Part shown: positions 38,594 through 47,624 of the stretch, piece by piece
Numbering within the stretch: the stretch's first letter is position 1
Layout of the letters: every line of letters begins with the position of its first letter
Assembly: GCA_963819655.1 (NCBI GenBank)
Contig: CAWFXA010000003.1
Coordinates: 960,001-1,024,000 of the forward strand
Source of the DNA: an uncultured Chloroflexia bacterium
Lineage (GTDB): Bacteria; Chloroflexota; Limnocylindria; Limnocylindrales; CSP1-4
Direction of reading: 5' to 3'
DNA length: 64,000 nucleotides
Position numbers and translations under genes: made by a program
The notes under the pieces: model-generated
Seen by the model: the letters and a program-made list of their open reading frames with translations, nothing else
The model's database searches: none
What the model was told of the DNA's origin: nothing

Positions 38594-40154
38594 TCAGCCC
38601 TCCATCCGGAGCTCTTCAAGGTCGAGCTCGCGCTCGATCAAGCGCAGCGTCAGGTCGTTGATCTCGCCACGATCGCGCAGGTCGATCACGGCACCCCGTT
38701 GGGCGGTGATGACGCCGCGTTGGATCTCCTCGTGCTCGAGGCGCTCCTGCCGCCGTTCCTCGGTCTCGTCGGGGTCCTCGGTCGCGAGGTGCCGCGTCCG
38801 ATCTTCAAGGCCTGCCTCGAGCCGGTCGAAGAGCGGCTGATGCCCCGGCCACGCCGGCCGCGACCGCCCGATCTCGTCGAGCCCCGCCTGATAGGCCGCC
38901 GCGCGTGCGAGCCGTCAGCTCATCCCCTTCAAGCGCCGGAGCATCCCGCATCGCCCAGCGCAGAACCGCCGGCAGCGTCAGGCCCTGGCCGACGAGCGTG
39001 ACGAGGATCACGGCGAACGTCAGCAACAGGATGAGGCTGCGCTCCGGGAAGTCCGGGGGTAGGGCGAGGGCGGCCGCCAGCGACACGGCGCCTCGCAATC
39101 CGGCCCAGCTCACGACGAACGTGAGACGTCGGGCGAGATCGGGGTCGCGCCGGGCGATCACCTGACGCGGCGTGTTCGGGAGGTTGCTGCTCACGAAGAT
39201 CCAGATGATCCGTGCCGCAACCACGACCGCCGCGACCACCGCACTGAGACCGAGGAGCGCGACCGGCGACCGGCCAGCGAGCCCTGCCAGGACGTCCGGC
39301 AGCTCCAGCCCGATCAGGACGAAGACGAACCCGTTGAGGACGAAGCCGACCATCTTCCAGGTGGTCAGCCACAGGACCCGACTGGTCGGCGTGAGGATCG
39401 TGCCGAGTCGGCGTCCGATGACAAGACCGGCCGTGACGGCGGCGAGCACGCCGGAAAGCTCGAGCTGCTCGGCGGGCAGGTAGGCGGCGAACGGGACGAC
39501 GATCGAGATCAGGACCTCGACCGGCGCGTCGTCGAGCCGGTGCAGGACGATGGCAGCGACGCGACCGACGACGAAGCCGATCGCGACGCCCCCGACGGCG
39601 GCGACCGCGAACGAGGCCAGCGTTTCCGATAGCACGAACACGCCGCTCGCAGCGGCCAGGACGGCGAAGCGGTACGCGACGAGGGCCGTCGCATCGTTGA
39701 GGAGAGCCTCGCCTTCGACCAGCGTCGTCACGATGCGCGGCGCTCCGATCCGGCGGAACACCGTCGTCGCGGCGAGGGCATCGGTCGGCGCCACGATCGC
39801 GCCGAGTGCGAAGGCCGGCGCCCAGCCGATGCCCGGGATCGCGATGTACGCGACGACCGCGACGATCGTCATCGTGAAGAGCACGAGCCCGATCGACAGG
39901 CGCACCAACGGCCCGACATTGGCCCGAAGATCACGCGTGGGCGTCTCGACGGCGGCGCCGAACAGGAGCGGCGGCAAGAAGACGAGCAGGATCAGCTCGG
40001 GCTCGAGCTCGAGGCGCGGCAGGCCGGGGACGAGCGCGAGCCCCAGCCCGCCGACGACGAGCAACGTCGGGTACGGCACGCCGACACGGCGCGCGATCTC
40101 GAACACGATCGCGATCGCGACGAGGATCGCGAGGACGGCGCTCAGGATCTCCAT
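38594..40154 (-). CDS. Na+/H+ antiporter (CPA1, YjcE/NhaG-like); frameshift near 38912
   Basis: FLPPLLF, APTDA, EGEALLNDAT and GLRGAVSLAAAL; C-terminal ...IERELDLEELRMEG is in another frame. Confidence 0.85.
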
Positions 40155-40164
40155 GGGCGACCCG

Positions 40165-40659
40165 CTACGGCGCGCGCCTGGCGATCAGTTCCACGCACCA
40201 CTCGCGCAGCCGCCCGAGGTGCTCGGCGTAGTGCTCGCTCCCGGTCTTGCGGATCCACCATGCCGCTTCATCGGTGGGTTCGCGCAGCTGCCACCACTCC
40301 TCGATCATGCGCGTCCGGCCCGCGTTGGCCTGGACCCAGGCGACCTCCCACGGCTGGTCGGCCATCGCCGCCAGCATGGCGGCATTGAGCGCGTCGATGT
40401 CGATGTCGTGGCCTTCGTACGTCCCGGCGCTGATGCGCTCGAACTGGAGCTGCCCTTCGGCCAGCCACGTGCCGACGTGGGCGACGACGTCGCGCACCGT
40501 CCAGTCGGGATCGCGCTGGTAACCCGGTTCGAGGTACTCCTCCGGGGTCAGCGAACGCACCAGTTCGACGATCTCGTACCAGCCCTGCCGCTCGGACTCG
40601 ATCTCGGCGAGATACGGGTGATCGAGCCGATCGGCCGGCGCGGACGGATCGGTCTTCAT
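40165..40659 (-). CDS. DinB-superfamily (MDMPI/ClbS-DfsB-like) four-helix protein
   Basis: WTVRDVVAHV and HYAEH metal-binding His motifs. Confidence 0.75.
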   Translation of the reverse strand: MKTDPSAPADRLDHPYLAEIESERQGWYEIVELVRSLTPEEYLEPGYQRDPDWTVRDVVAHVGTWLAEGQLQFERISAGTYEGHDIDIDALNAAMLAAMADQPWEVAWVQANAGRTRMIEEWWQLREPTDEAAWWIRKTGSEHYAEHLGRLREWCVELIARRAP

Positions 40660-41042
40660 CGGGGCGCCGTCACGAATCCGCCTTCGAGTGGCAGCCCGGC
40701 ATCCTCCCAGTCGAGCAGCCCGCCCGAGTAGCGGCGCACATTCCGATAGCCGCGCCGGATCAGGTCGCGGTACAGAGCCACGCTCGACAGGCAGTCGACG
40801 TGCGAGCAGTACACGACGACCTCGTCGTCGGGCGTGATGGCCGCATAGAGCTCGTCCGGTGTGTCGAAATGCAGCGAGCCCGGGATGTGCTTGGCGTCGA
40901 ACGCCCAGCGATTGAGGGCCATGATCAACTTGAGGTCCTCGCCCCGATCGAGCTTCGCCTTGAGCTCCTCGCGACCGATCGTCCGGATCGGCTCGAGGCC
41001 GAGCGCCGCGGTCGGACGAGGCTGATCGATCGAGGACATCAA
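40656..41042 (-). CDS. Rhodanese-like domain protein
   Basis: HIPGS, VVVYCS and YSGGLLDW. Confidence 0.9.
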   Translation of the reverse strand: MMSSIDQPRPTAALGLEPIRTIGREELKAKLDRGEDLKLIMALNRWAFDAKHIPGSLHFDTPDELYAAITPDDEVVVYCSHVDCLSSVALYRDLIRRGYRNVRRYSGGLLDWEDAGLPLEGGFVTAPR

Positions 41043-41386
41043 TGCAGATACTGCTCCCAGTCCGGCGGGACGCGCCCGGCCGGTCCCGGCGTCGGTTGGT
41101 CGAGCGGATGGTGGCGCGGCGGTGCGAGCACCGGGCCGCCCAGGTACCGCTCCGTGGCGTAATCCCAGAACCAGTCCTCGCTCGGCTCGTAACTCTGGAT
41201 GACCGGGTGCCGCTTATCGAACGCGTGCCGACTGGCGTGCTGCGATGGCGACGTGTCGCAGCAGCCGACGTGCCCGCATTGGGCGCAGCGGCGGAGGTGC
41301 AACCACCAGCCGCCCTCTGCTTCGCAGTCGACGCAACCCGGACCGCTCGGGGGGATGGTCGGGTCGATCCCGGTCTGGTGCGTCAT
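41039..41386 (-). CDS. UBP-type zinc finger protein
   Basis: GCVDC..WLHLRRCAQCGHVGCCDTSPSQHASRH. Confidence 0.9.
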   Translation of the reverse strand: MTHQTGIDPTIPPSGPGCVDCEAEGGWWLHLRRCAQCGHVGCCDTSPSQHASRHAFDKRHPVIQSYEPSEDWFWDYATERYLGGPVLAPPRHHPLDQPTPGPAGRVPPDWEQYLH

Positions 41387-41403
41387 CGCACCATCATGAC
41401 GCC

Positions 41404-42225
41404 TCAGTCCACGTACGGACCGTTGTAGATCGGCGCCTCACCGTACGGCTTGCCGGCCATCAGCATGAACCGCGCCCCAGGCGTGGCCCCGTCAACGGTC
41501 AGGGCTCCGCCCGGTCCGAGGACTGCGATCGCCGATCGAGCGGCGCGGAGTCGGTTGGACCCGATGTCCGCCTCGCCTTCCAGCATGTAGACGAAGCCGT
41601 TGAAGTCCGACGGGATCGGTGTCGTGAAAGACCCGCCCTTCGGCAGCTCGACGTCCAGGATCAGTCCTGGTGTCCCGAGCTCCACGGGAGAGCCCGCGCC
41701 CACCATGATCCGGACGATCGCGTCGCCCTCCTGGCGCGTGGGGATGTCCTCCGGTTGCAGGAGTTGCGATGTCGGCTCGACGTTCTTGTCCTTGCGCGCG
41801 AGGTTCACCCAGAACAGCACGCCCCGGAACTCCGTCCCGGCCTTGCCTTCACGGAGCTCTTCCTCGCCGATGCTCTCGGCGTGGTACACGCCACGACCCG
41901 TTCGCAGCTTCAGCAACGAGCCGGGCTGCAGGCGCGCTCTCTCGAACGTGCCGCCGGGACCCGTGCTGTGCCCGGTGCTCGCCTCGCCCGAGATCACGTA
42001 CCAGAGGTTGTCGAACCCGCGGTGCGGATGGGTCGTGTCGAGCGCCGCGCGCTCCGGATCGATCGGGACGATCCCCTCGTGGACGAGGATGAATGGGTCG
42101 ACCTGCTCGTACGGGATGCTCCGCGATGGCAGGGGCTCGAGGATCTCGAGACCCATCATCGGGCGGGTGTGGGCGTCCTCCAGGTGGACGACCTCGCGCT
42201 GTGCGGTTTCGACTTGCGTAGCCAT
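41404..42225 (-). CDS. Pirin family protein
   Basis: DPFILVH, HPHRG, GRGVYHAE, WVNL and GPYVD. Confidence 0.9.
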   Translation of the reverse strand: MATQVETAQREVVHLEDAHTRPMMGLEILEPLPSRSIPYEQVDPFILVHEGIVPIDPERAALDTTHPHRGFDNLWYVISGEASTGHSTGPGGTFERARLQPGSLLKLRTGRGVYHAESIGEEELREGKAGTEFRGVLFWVNLARKDKNVEPTSQLLQPEDIPTRQEGDAIVRIMVGAGSPVELGTPGLILDVELPKGGSFTTPIPSDFNGFVYMLEGEADIGSNRLRAARSAIAVLGPGGALTVDGATPGARFMLMAGKPYGEAPIYNGPYVD

Positions 42226-42248
42226 GACCTGTGCTCTCTTTCTCGGTC

Positions 42249-42899
42249 CTAGAACCCGAGGACCTCGTCGACCAGGACGACCGTGATGCGGCCAGGGTCG
42301 ATCTCGCGATTGATGATCAGGATCTTGTTCACGCCGCTGTGGATGCCGTAGGCGGCCTGCGCGCGGGCGTCCTCGAGCGGGAACGCGTACTCGTCGATGC
42401 GACGGAGTCCTTCCTCGAGGTCCGCGACGATCTTCTGAGTGCCCACGACGAGGATGACGCGCCCGGCGCCGGCGGCGTATGGCCCGAGCTGGCTGCCGCT
42501 GTTCGAGGCCGCGATCAGCGATCCCGTCTCGGTGACCGCATGGACGCTGCCGAGCATCACGTCCGGGGCGGCACCCAACCGCCGGATCTCATCGGCCTGG
42601 GTCGCCCGATCCATGCTCCAGATCTGCGGGCGGAGGGGGTCGTACCGGCCTGACTTCTCGATGGCATCGGTGATGCCGGTCGTCTCGAGCGTCTCCGATG
42701 CGCCGTGATGGACCTGCGCTCTCTCGGGGATCAGACCCAGGACTGTGCGCTTCGCCTCAGCAGCGTTGGCGGCGCGAAGCACGGTGATGCCGTGCGACTC
42801 GAGGGCGGCGGCCGCCCGCTGGACGCGGGATTCCTCCGCCAAGGTCCCGAACCGACGTGTGGCTGACCGGTCGAGTCCGGGGTTTGTTGCGGTGATCAC
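42249..42899 (-). CDS. LUD (lactate utilization) domain protein
   Basis: GSVHAVTETGSL..ASNSGSQ and VVGTQKIV; GGAAGG RBS before GTG 42899. Confidence 0.8.
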   Translation of the reverse strand: MITATNPGLDRSATRRFGTLAEESRVQRAAAALESHGITVLRAANAAEAKRTVLGLIPERAQVHHGASETLETTGITDAIEKSGRYDPLRPQIWSMDRATQADEIRRLGAAPDVMLGSVHAVTETGSLIAASNSGSQLGPYAAGAGRVILVVGTQKIVADLEEGLRRIDEYAFPLEDARAQAAYGIHSGVNKILIINREIDPGRITVVLVDEVLGF

Positions 42900-42938
42900 G
42901 AATGACTTCCTTCCGGCGTTCGTTGTTGCTATGATTAG

Positions 42939-42984
42939 TTGCAACTGCAAGAACCACCGTACGCCTATTTGGTTGCACATGCAA
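42939..42984. promoter_or_regulatory. Two TTGCA-NN-TGCAA palindromes, likely MarR operators
   Basis: TTGCAACTGCAA (42939) and TTGCACATGCAA (42973, overlapping the marR ATG). Confidence 0.75.
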
Positions 42985-43479
42985 GCACTAGCAGGATCAG
43001 ATCCCGCGGCCCTGATCGAGCGCCTCGTGAGCCAGGAGATGCCCGACAGGCGTGGCCTGGCGGCCTGGCAGGCACTCCTGCGCGCGCAGGCGTCCCTCAC
43101 GCGCCAGCTCGACACCGACCTCGTCAAGGAGACCGGCCTGTCGCTGGCCGACTTCGACGTTCTCGCCCAACTGGCCGTCACGGGTGGGTCGCTGCGGATG
43201 ACCGAGCTCGCGAATCGAGCCCTCATCTCGCGGTCGGGCATGACCCGTCGTGTGGCGCGACTCGTCGGGGAGGGCCTGGTCACACGGGCAGGGGCGGACG
43301 CGGACGCGCGCGGCATCGTCGTCGCGCTCACCGATGCGGGCCTTGCCCGCCTCGCCGAGACGGCACCCGTCCACATGCGCGGGATCGCCCACCTGTTCGT
43401 CGATCGACTCGACGACCGCGAACTCGAGACGCTCGAGCACACCCTCGAGAAGGTGACGATCGACTGCTCGTTCGGCTGA
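42979..43479 (+). CDS. MarR family transcriptional regulator
   Basis: LRMTELANRALISRSGMTRRVARL..DARG..VALTDAG. Confidence 0.9.
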   Translation: MQALAGSDPAALIERLVSQEMPDRRGLAAWQALLRAQASLTRQLDTDLVKETGLSLADFDVLAQLAVTGGSLRMTELANRALISRSGMTRRVARLVGEGLVTRAGADADARGIVVALTDAGLARLAETAPVHMRGIAHLFVDRLDDRELETLEHTLEKVTIDCSFG

Positions 43480-43534
43480 GGGTGCGGGAGACGGGCGGAG
43501 ACCCGGTCGTCGCGCCGCCTGCGCCGCCCACGGC

Positions 43535-43658
43535 GCCCGACCCGCCCCAGCCCCCGACGCCCGGGCCGCCCCCGACCACGCCGCCCGACCCGCCCCAGCC
43601 CAAGCGCCCTAGCCCGCGCCCGACCCGCCCCAGCCCAAGCGCCCTAGCTGCGCCCGAC
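43535..43658. repeat. C-rich short direct repeats
   Basis: GCCCGACCCGCCCCAGCCC at 43535, 43583 and 43618; the last two extend to 31 identical bp. Confidence 0.75.
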
Positions 43659-43839
43659 CATGAACGATGCGCATCACGACGACCTTATGGCGCGCCCTTC
43701 GATGCGTCTGCGGCCGCCAAGGGCCGCAACCCAACGTAACGTCCGTCGTGGTGCGCGGAACGCATGGTCGTGGCCCCCAAATCGGGCGACCGGCCGGCCT
43801 CCAGCCGTCATAAGGTTGTCCTGATGCGCGAACTGCATG
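43659..43839. repeat. ~180-bp element with ~33-bp imperfect terminal inverted repeats, copy 1
   Basis: CATGAACGATGCGCATCACGACGACCTTATGGCG ... CGTCATAAGGTTGTCCTGATGCGCGAACTGCATG. Confidence 0.8.
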
Positions 43840-43903
43840 CTCGGCGAGACGCGCGTATACGGCTGAGCGTCGACGAGGGCGGTCGAGATCGGGGTTTGAC
43901 TGG

Positions 43904-44659
43904 ATGTTGATGCTTCGACCACGCGCGTCGATCCACCATACCGATGGCGGCTGGTTCAGCGCCTACTGGCACTTCAGCTTCGACTTCTACAACGACCCGG
44001 AGAACACGTGGTTCGGCGACCTGCGTGTCTTCAACGACGACACCCTCGTGCCCGGCGCGACCTGGCCGATGCACCCGCACCGTGACATCGAAGGCATCAC
44101 GTATGTCGCCGAGGGGATGTTCGAGCACGCCGACAGCCACGGGAACGGCGGCATCCTGCCGCCCGGCTCGGTGCAGCGGGCGACCCTTGGCTCGGGGATG
44201 GAGCACTCCGAGGGCAACAACAGCCAGACCGAGCCGATGCGGTTCATCCAGATGTGGATCATCCCGGCGCGGCGCGGCCTCGAACCGTCGATCGAGCAGC
44301 GGGAGTTCCCGGAGGCGCAGCGGCGCGGTCGGTGGATGCCGGTCCTCGTGCCGGCCGCCGGGTACGGCGGTCCCGACGCACCGACGAACGCCGACGCGGT
44401 GACCGTCCACCAGGACGCGACGGTGTACGCCACGTTGGTCGATCCCGGCGGGACCGTGACCCACCGATTTCGGCCCGGCTTCCAGGGCTATCTCTTCGTG
44501 GTCCATGGAACGGCCCACGTGGCCACCGACTCGGACGCCGGCGAGCTGGACGAGGGCGGAGCGGCAAAGGTCATCGCTGAGTCTGAAGTCGACGTGCGAG
44601 CGCGCGACGTGGGCGCAGAGCTGCTGCTCGTCGAGACGAGGGCTGTGGAGCGCGACTGA
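43904..44659 (+). CDS. Pirin family protein (YhhW-like)
   Basis: HFSF..Y, FGDLRVFNDD, MHPHRDIE, HSEGN and IQMWI. Confidence 0.9.
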   Translation: MLMLRPRASIHHTDGGWFSAYWHFSFDFYNDPENTWFGDLRVFNDDTLVPGATWPMHPHRDIEGITYVAEGMFEHADSHGNGGILPPGSVQRATLGSGMEHSEGNNSQTEPMRFIQMWIIPARRGLEPSIEQREFPEAQRRGRWMPVLVPAAGYGGPDAPTNADAVTVHQDATVYATLVDPGGTVTHRFRPGFQGYLFVVHGTAHVATDSDAGELDEGGAAKVIAESEVDVRARDVGAELLLVETRAVERD

Positions 44660-44732
44660 GGCTCGCGGGCCGCGACACTTCTCCGCATCAGGCGCTGATC
44701 GCGAACCGTGCGCGGCCCTACCATCCGGTCGT

Positions 44733-45755
44733 ATGGATGCTCGAGCCGCGGAATCCCTTCTAGGTCTCGCCGAGAAAGCGAGCGCCCGCTCCCGGGGTCC
44801 CGAAGCAAAGGCGGCCGTCCAGCAGCTCGAGGACCAATACGACGCTCTGGTCGCGGCGATCGAGTGGTTCATCGAACACGAGCGGACCGATGAGGCGCTC
44901 CGCGTCGCGAACGCGCTGTATCGGTTCTGGATCACGAAGCAGCGGTTCGAGGAAGGTGCTGACTGGTTCGACCGTGTGCTTGGAGCGCCCGGTGGCGCGG
45001 CGCCCCTGCGCGGACAGGCCTTCGTCAACGCCGGCTTCATGCCCTTCTGGCTCGGCCAGGACGACCGCGCCGCTGAGCTTTTCGGTGAAGGCCTCGAGAT
45101 CGGCCGCGGGCTCGGCGACGCGCCGATGATCTCCCAGGCCTTGGGCGGCCTCGCGCGCGTTGCCCTCCGCACGGACGTGCCAGAGGGTCGGCGGCTCGCC
45201 CGCGAGGCTCTGGCCGTCAGCGATGCGGCGGCTGACGAGGCTGGACGCTCGAACGCGCTCCACCTCCTCGGTGTCGGCGCCCAGATCGCGGGCGACCTGC
45301 CGGAGGCGCGCGACTGGATGACGCAGCGCCTGGCCCTCGTCCGGGCAGCCGGCAACGAGTTCCTGATCGCGTCCGAAGCCGCCAACCTGAGCATGGTCGA
45401 GCGGCAGCTCGGAAACCTGGATGGAGCCGAGGCGCTCGTGCGCGAGACCCTCGAGATCGGCGCACGGATCAAGGACGAGTTCACGAGGCCTTTCGCCATC
45501 AACGGGCTGGCGGCCATCGCCACGGAACGAGGTCAGTTCGAACGCGCGGCGATCCTGGTCGGCGCCGCCGAATCGATGATGGAGGCGCAACACATGGCGT
45601 GGCCGCCCGACGAGCGGCCGCATTACGTACGCATGCTCGCCGTTCTTCCCGAGGCGATGGGTTCCGCCGAGTTCGAGCGAGCCCGGATGGCCGGGCAGTC
45701 GATGGCTCCGGACGAAGCCGTCGACTTCGCCCTCGGGGCTCGCTCGGCTAACTAG
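44733..45755 (+). CDS. Stand-alone TPR-like helical protein resembling the sensor region of STAND/LuxR regulators
   Basis: LEDQYDALVAAIEW, ALYRFW...EGADW, RAAILVGAA and GQSMAPDEAVDFAL; no NTPase or HTH domain. Confidence 0.7.
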   Translation: MDARAAESLLGLAEKASARSRGPEAKAAVQQLEDQYDALVAAIEWFIEHERTDEALRVANALYRFWITKQRFEEGADWFDRVLGAPGGAAPLRGQAFVNAGFMPFWLGQDDRAAELFGEGLEIGRGLGDAPMISQALGGLARVALRTDVPEGRRLAREALAVSDAAADEAGRSNALHLLGVGAQIAGDLPEARDWMTQRLALVRAAGNEFLIASEAANLSMVERQLGNLDGAEALVRETLEIGARIKDEFTRPFAINGLAAIATERGQFERAAILVGAAESMMEAQHMAWPPDERPHYVRMLAVLPEAMGSAEFERARMAGQSMAPDEAVDFALGARSAN

Positions 45756-45783
45756 CGCGCGCGGCGACCGACACCCGCACGAC

Positions 45784-45974
45784 CATGAACGATGCGTCTG
45801 AGGGCGACCTTATGGCGCGCTGCGTCGCCTCTTGTGCCGACTAAGGTGGCCTGGACCGAACATAAGGTCCGTCCTGACGCGCGGAACGCATGAACGCGGC
45901 CTCCGATCGGGCGCGGACCGGACGCAAACCGGCCGACAGCCGTCATAAGGTTGCTCTGATGCGCACAGTTCATG
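45784..45974. repeat. ~190-bp element with terminal inverted repeats, copy 2
   Basis: CATGAACGATGCGTCTGAGGGCGACCTTATGGCG ... CGTCATAAGGTTGCTCTGATGCGCACAGTTCATG. Confidence 0.8.
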
Positions 45975-46041
45975 ATTGGCGGGACGCCGTGGTTGCCAGG
46001 ACACCGCTGATTGCCGGGACACCCTGATTGCCGGGACACGG
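45973..46041. repeat. Four tandem 17-18-bp repeats (TGATTGCCGGGACACC consensus)
   Basis: Units start at 45973, 45990, 46008 and 46025. Confidence 0.75.
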
Positions 46042-46098
46042 ACGTGACGGACGCCGACACGGACAGGCGAGACGCCGACCACCCCAGGAGGCCACGAG

Positions 46099-47268
46099 AT
46101 GACGATCACCGAGCGGCGGATGGACCGGATGGTCGACAGCGTCGCCCACGTCTTCGAGTGGTACCTCGGCGGCGACTGGGAGAAGCACCACCTCGATCCG
46201 GACATCGCCGACTTCACGTTCGGCAACCCGCAGGAGATGCCGCTCCCCGGTCTGGTCGGCGCTCTCCAAAGGAACGCCGAGCCCAAGGACAAGGACTGGT
46301 TCGCGTACAAGCTGAACGAGGCCGAACCGCGGGCCATCGTCGCCGAGAGCCTCCAGCAACGGACCGGCATCGTCTACCGGCCCGAGGACATCTCACTGAC
46401 CGCCGGCGCGTTCGGCGCGTTGGGTGTCACGATCCGCGCGCTGTGCGACGAGGACGACGAGGTCATCTTCCTGTCGCCGCCGTGGTTCTTCTACGAGCTG
46501 ATGATCGCGTCGTCGGGCGCGAAAGCCGTGCGGGTCCGCCTGCGGGCGCCTACCTTCGACCTCGATCCCGACGCCATCGCCGCGGCGATCACGCCGCGGA
46601 CGCGGGCCATCATCGTCAACAGCCCGAACAACCCGACCGGGCGGATCTATCGACAGCCCGAGCTCGCCGCGCTCGGCGATCTGCTCCGGGACGCCTCGGA
46701 GCGCCACGGCCGGCCGATCGTGCTGCTCTCCGACGAGTCGTACAACCGGATCGTCTTCGACGGCATAGCCTTCCATAGCCCCGCCCTCGACTACGCGGCG
46801 ACGATCACGATCTACACCTACGGCAAGACGCTTCTGGCGCCCGGTCAGCGCATCGGCTGGGCGGCGATGACACCGGATTTCCCCGACCGCGAGGCGACCG
46901 GCTACCGGATCTTCGTCCAGCAGCTGGCCGCCGGCTGGGGCTTTCCGAACGCGCTGCTGCAGCACGCGATCGGCGACCTCGAGAACCTCTCGATCGACAT
47001 CGACGCGCTCCAGGCTCGGCGTGACCGGATGGTCCCTGCACTCCGCGAGATGGGTTACGAGGTGACGAACCCGGAGGGCACGTTCTACCTCATGGTGCGT
47101 TCGCCCGACCCCGACGACCTCGCTTTCAGCACCAAGCTCGCCGAGCTCGGCGCGCTCGTGCTGCCGGGCACGATCGTCGAGTCGCCCGGCTGGTTCCGCA
47201 TCTCGCTGACGGCCAGCGACGAGATGGTCGAGCGCGGCCTCGAGGCGTTCCGCGCCGCGCGCGCCTGA
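46099..47268 (+). CDS. Class I/II PLP aminotransferase
   Basis: NSPNNPTG, SDESY and YTYGKTLLAPGQRIG (PLP Lys). Confidence 0.9.
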   Translation: MTITERRMDRMVDSVAHVFEWYLGGDWEKHHLDPDIADFTFGNPQEMPLPGLVGALQRNAEPKDKDWFAYKLNEAEPRAIVAESLQQRTGIVYRPEDISLTAGAFGALGVTIRALCDEDDEVIFLSPPWFFYELMIASSGAKAVRVRLRAPTFDLDPDAIAAAITPRTRAIIVNSPNNPTGRIYRQPELAALGDLLRDASERHGRPIVLLSDESYNRIVFDGIAFHSPALDYAATITIYTYGKTLLAPGQRIGWAAMTPDFPDREATGYRIFVQQLAAGWGFPNALLQHAIGDLENLSIDIDALQARRDRMVPALREMGYEVTNPEGTFYLMVRSPDPDDLAFSTKLAELGALVLPGTIVESPGWFRISLTASDEMVERGLEAFRAARA

Positions 47269-47305
47269 GGCACGCGTGCCTGAGGCATCGGAGTATCGTC
47301 TGGCC

Positions 47306-47551
47306 ATGGCCGATCTCGATCTCTTCCAGACCATCAATGCGCTGTCCGCCGAGGAGGAACAGCTCTGGGCGTCGGCGAGCGACGGCAGCGGGCTGACGCA
47401 GCAGCAACAGGACCGGCTCGACGCGATCAAGGTCGAGCTCGACCGGGCCTACGACCTCCTCCACCAGCGCCAGGCGCGCGAGGCGGCGGGCCTCGATCCG
47501 GAGGACGCGTCGATCCGCTCGGCCGAGACCGTCGAGGGCTACGAGCAGTAA
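47306..47551 (+). CDS. DUF2630 family protein
   Basis: LDRAYDLLHQRQA...PEDA..R...VEGYEQ. Confidence 0.85.
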   Translation: MADLDLFQTINALSAEEEQLWASASDGSGLTQQQQDRLDAIKVELDRAYDLLHQRQAREAAGLDPEDASIRSAETVEGYEQ

Positions 47552-47581
47552 CGACGGTTTCGGGTGGCGCTTGCGACCGCG

Positions 47582-47610
47582 GAAGCCCGGCGTTGATGGC
47601 GCCGGGCTTC
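47582..47610. terminator. Hairpin between convergent genes
   Basis: GAAGCCCGGCG-ttgatgg-CGCCGGGCTTC. Confidence 0.55.
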
Positions 47611-47624
47611 ACGCGATACACGGG

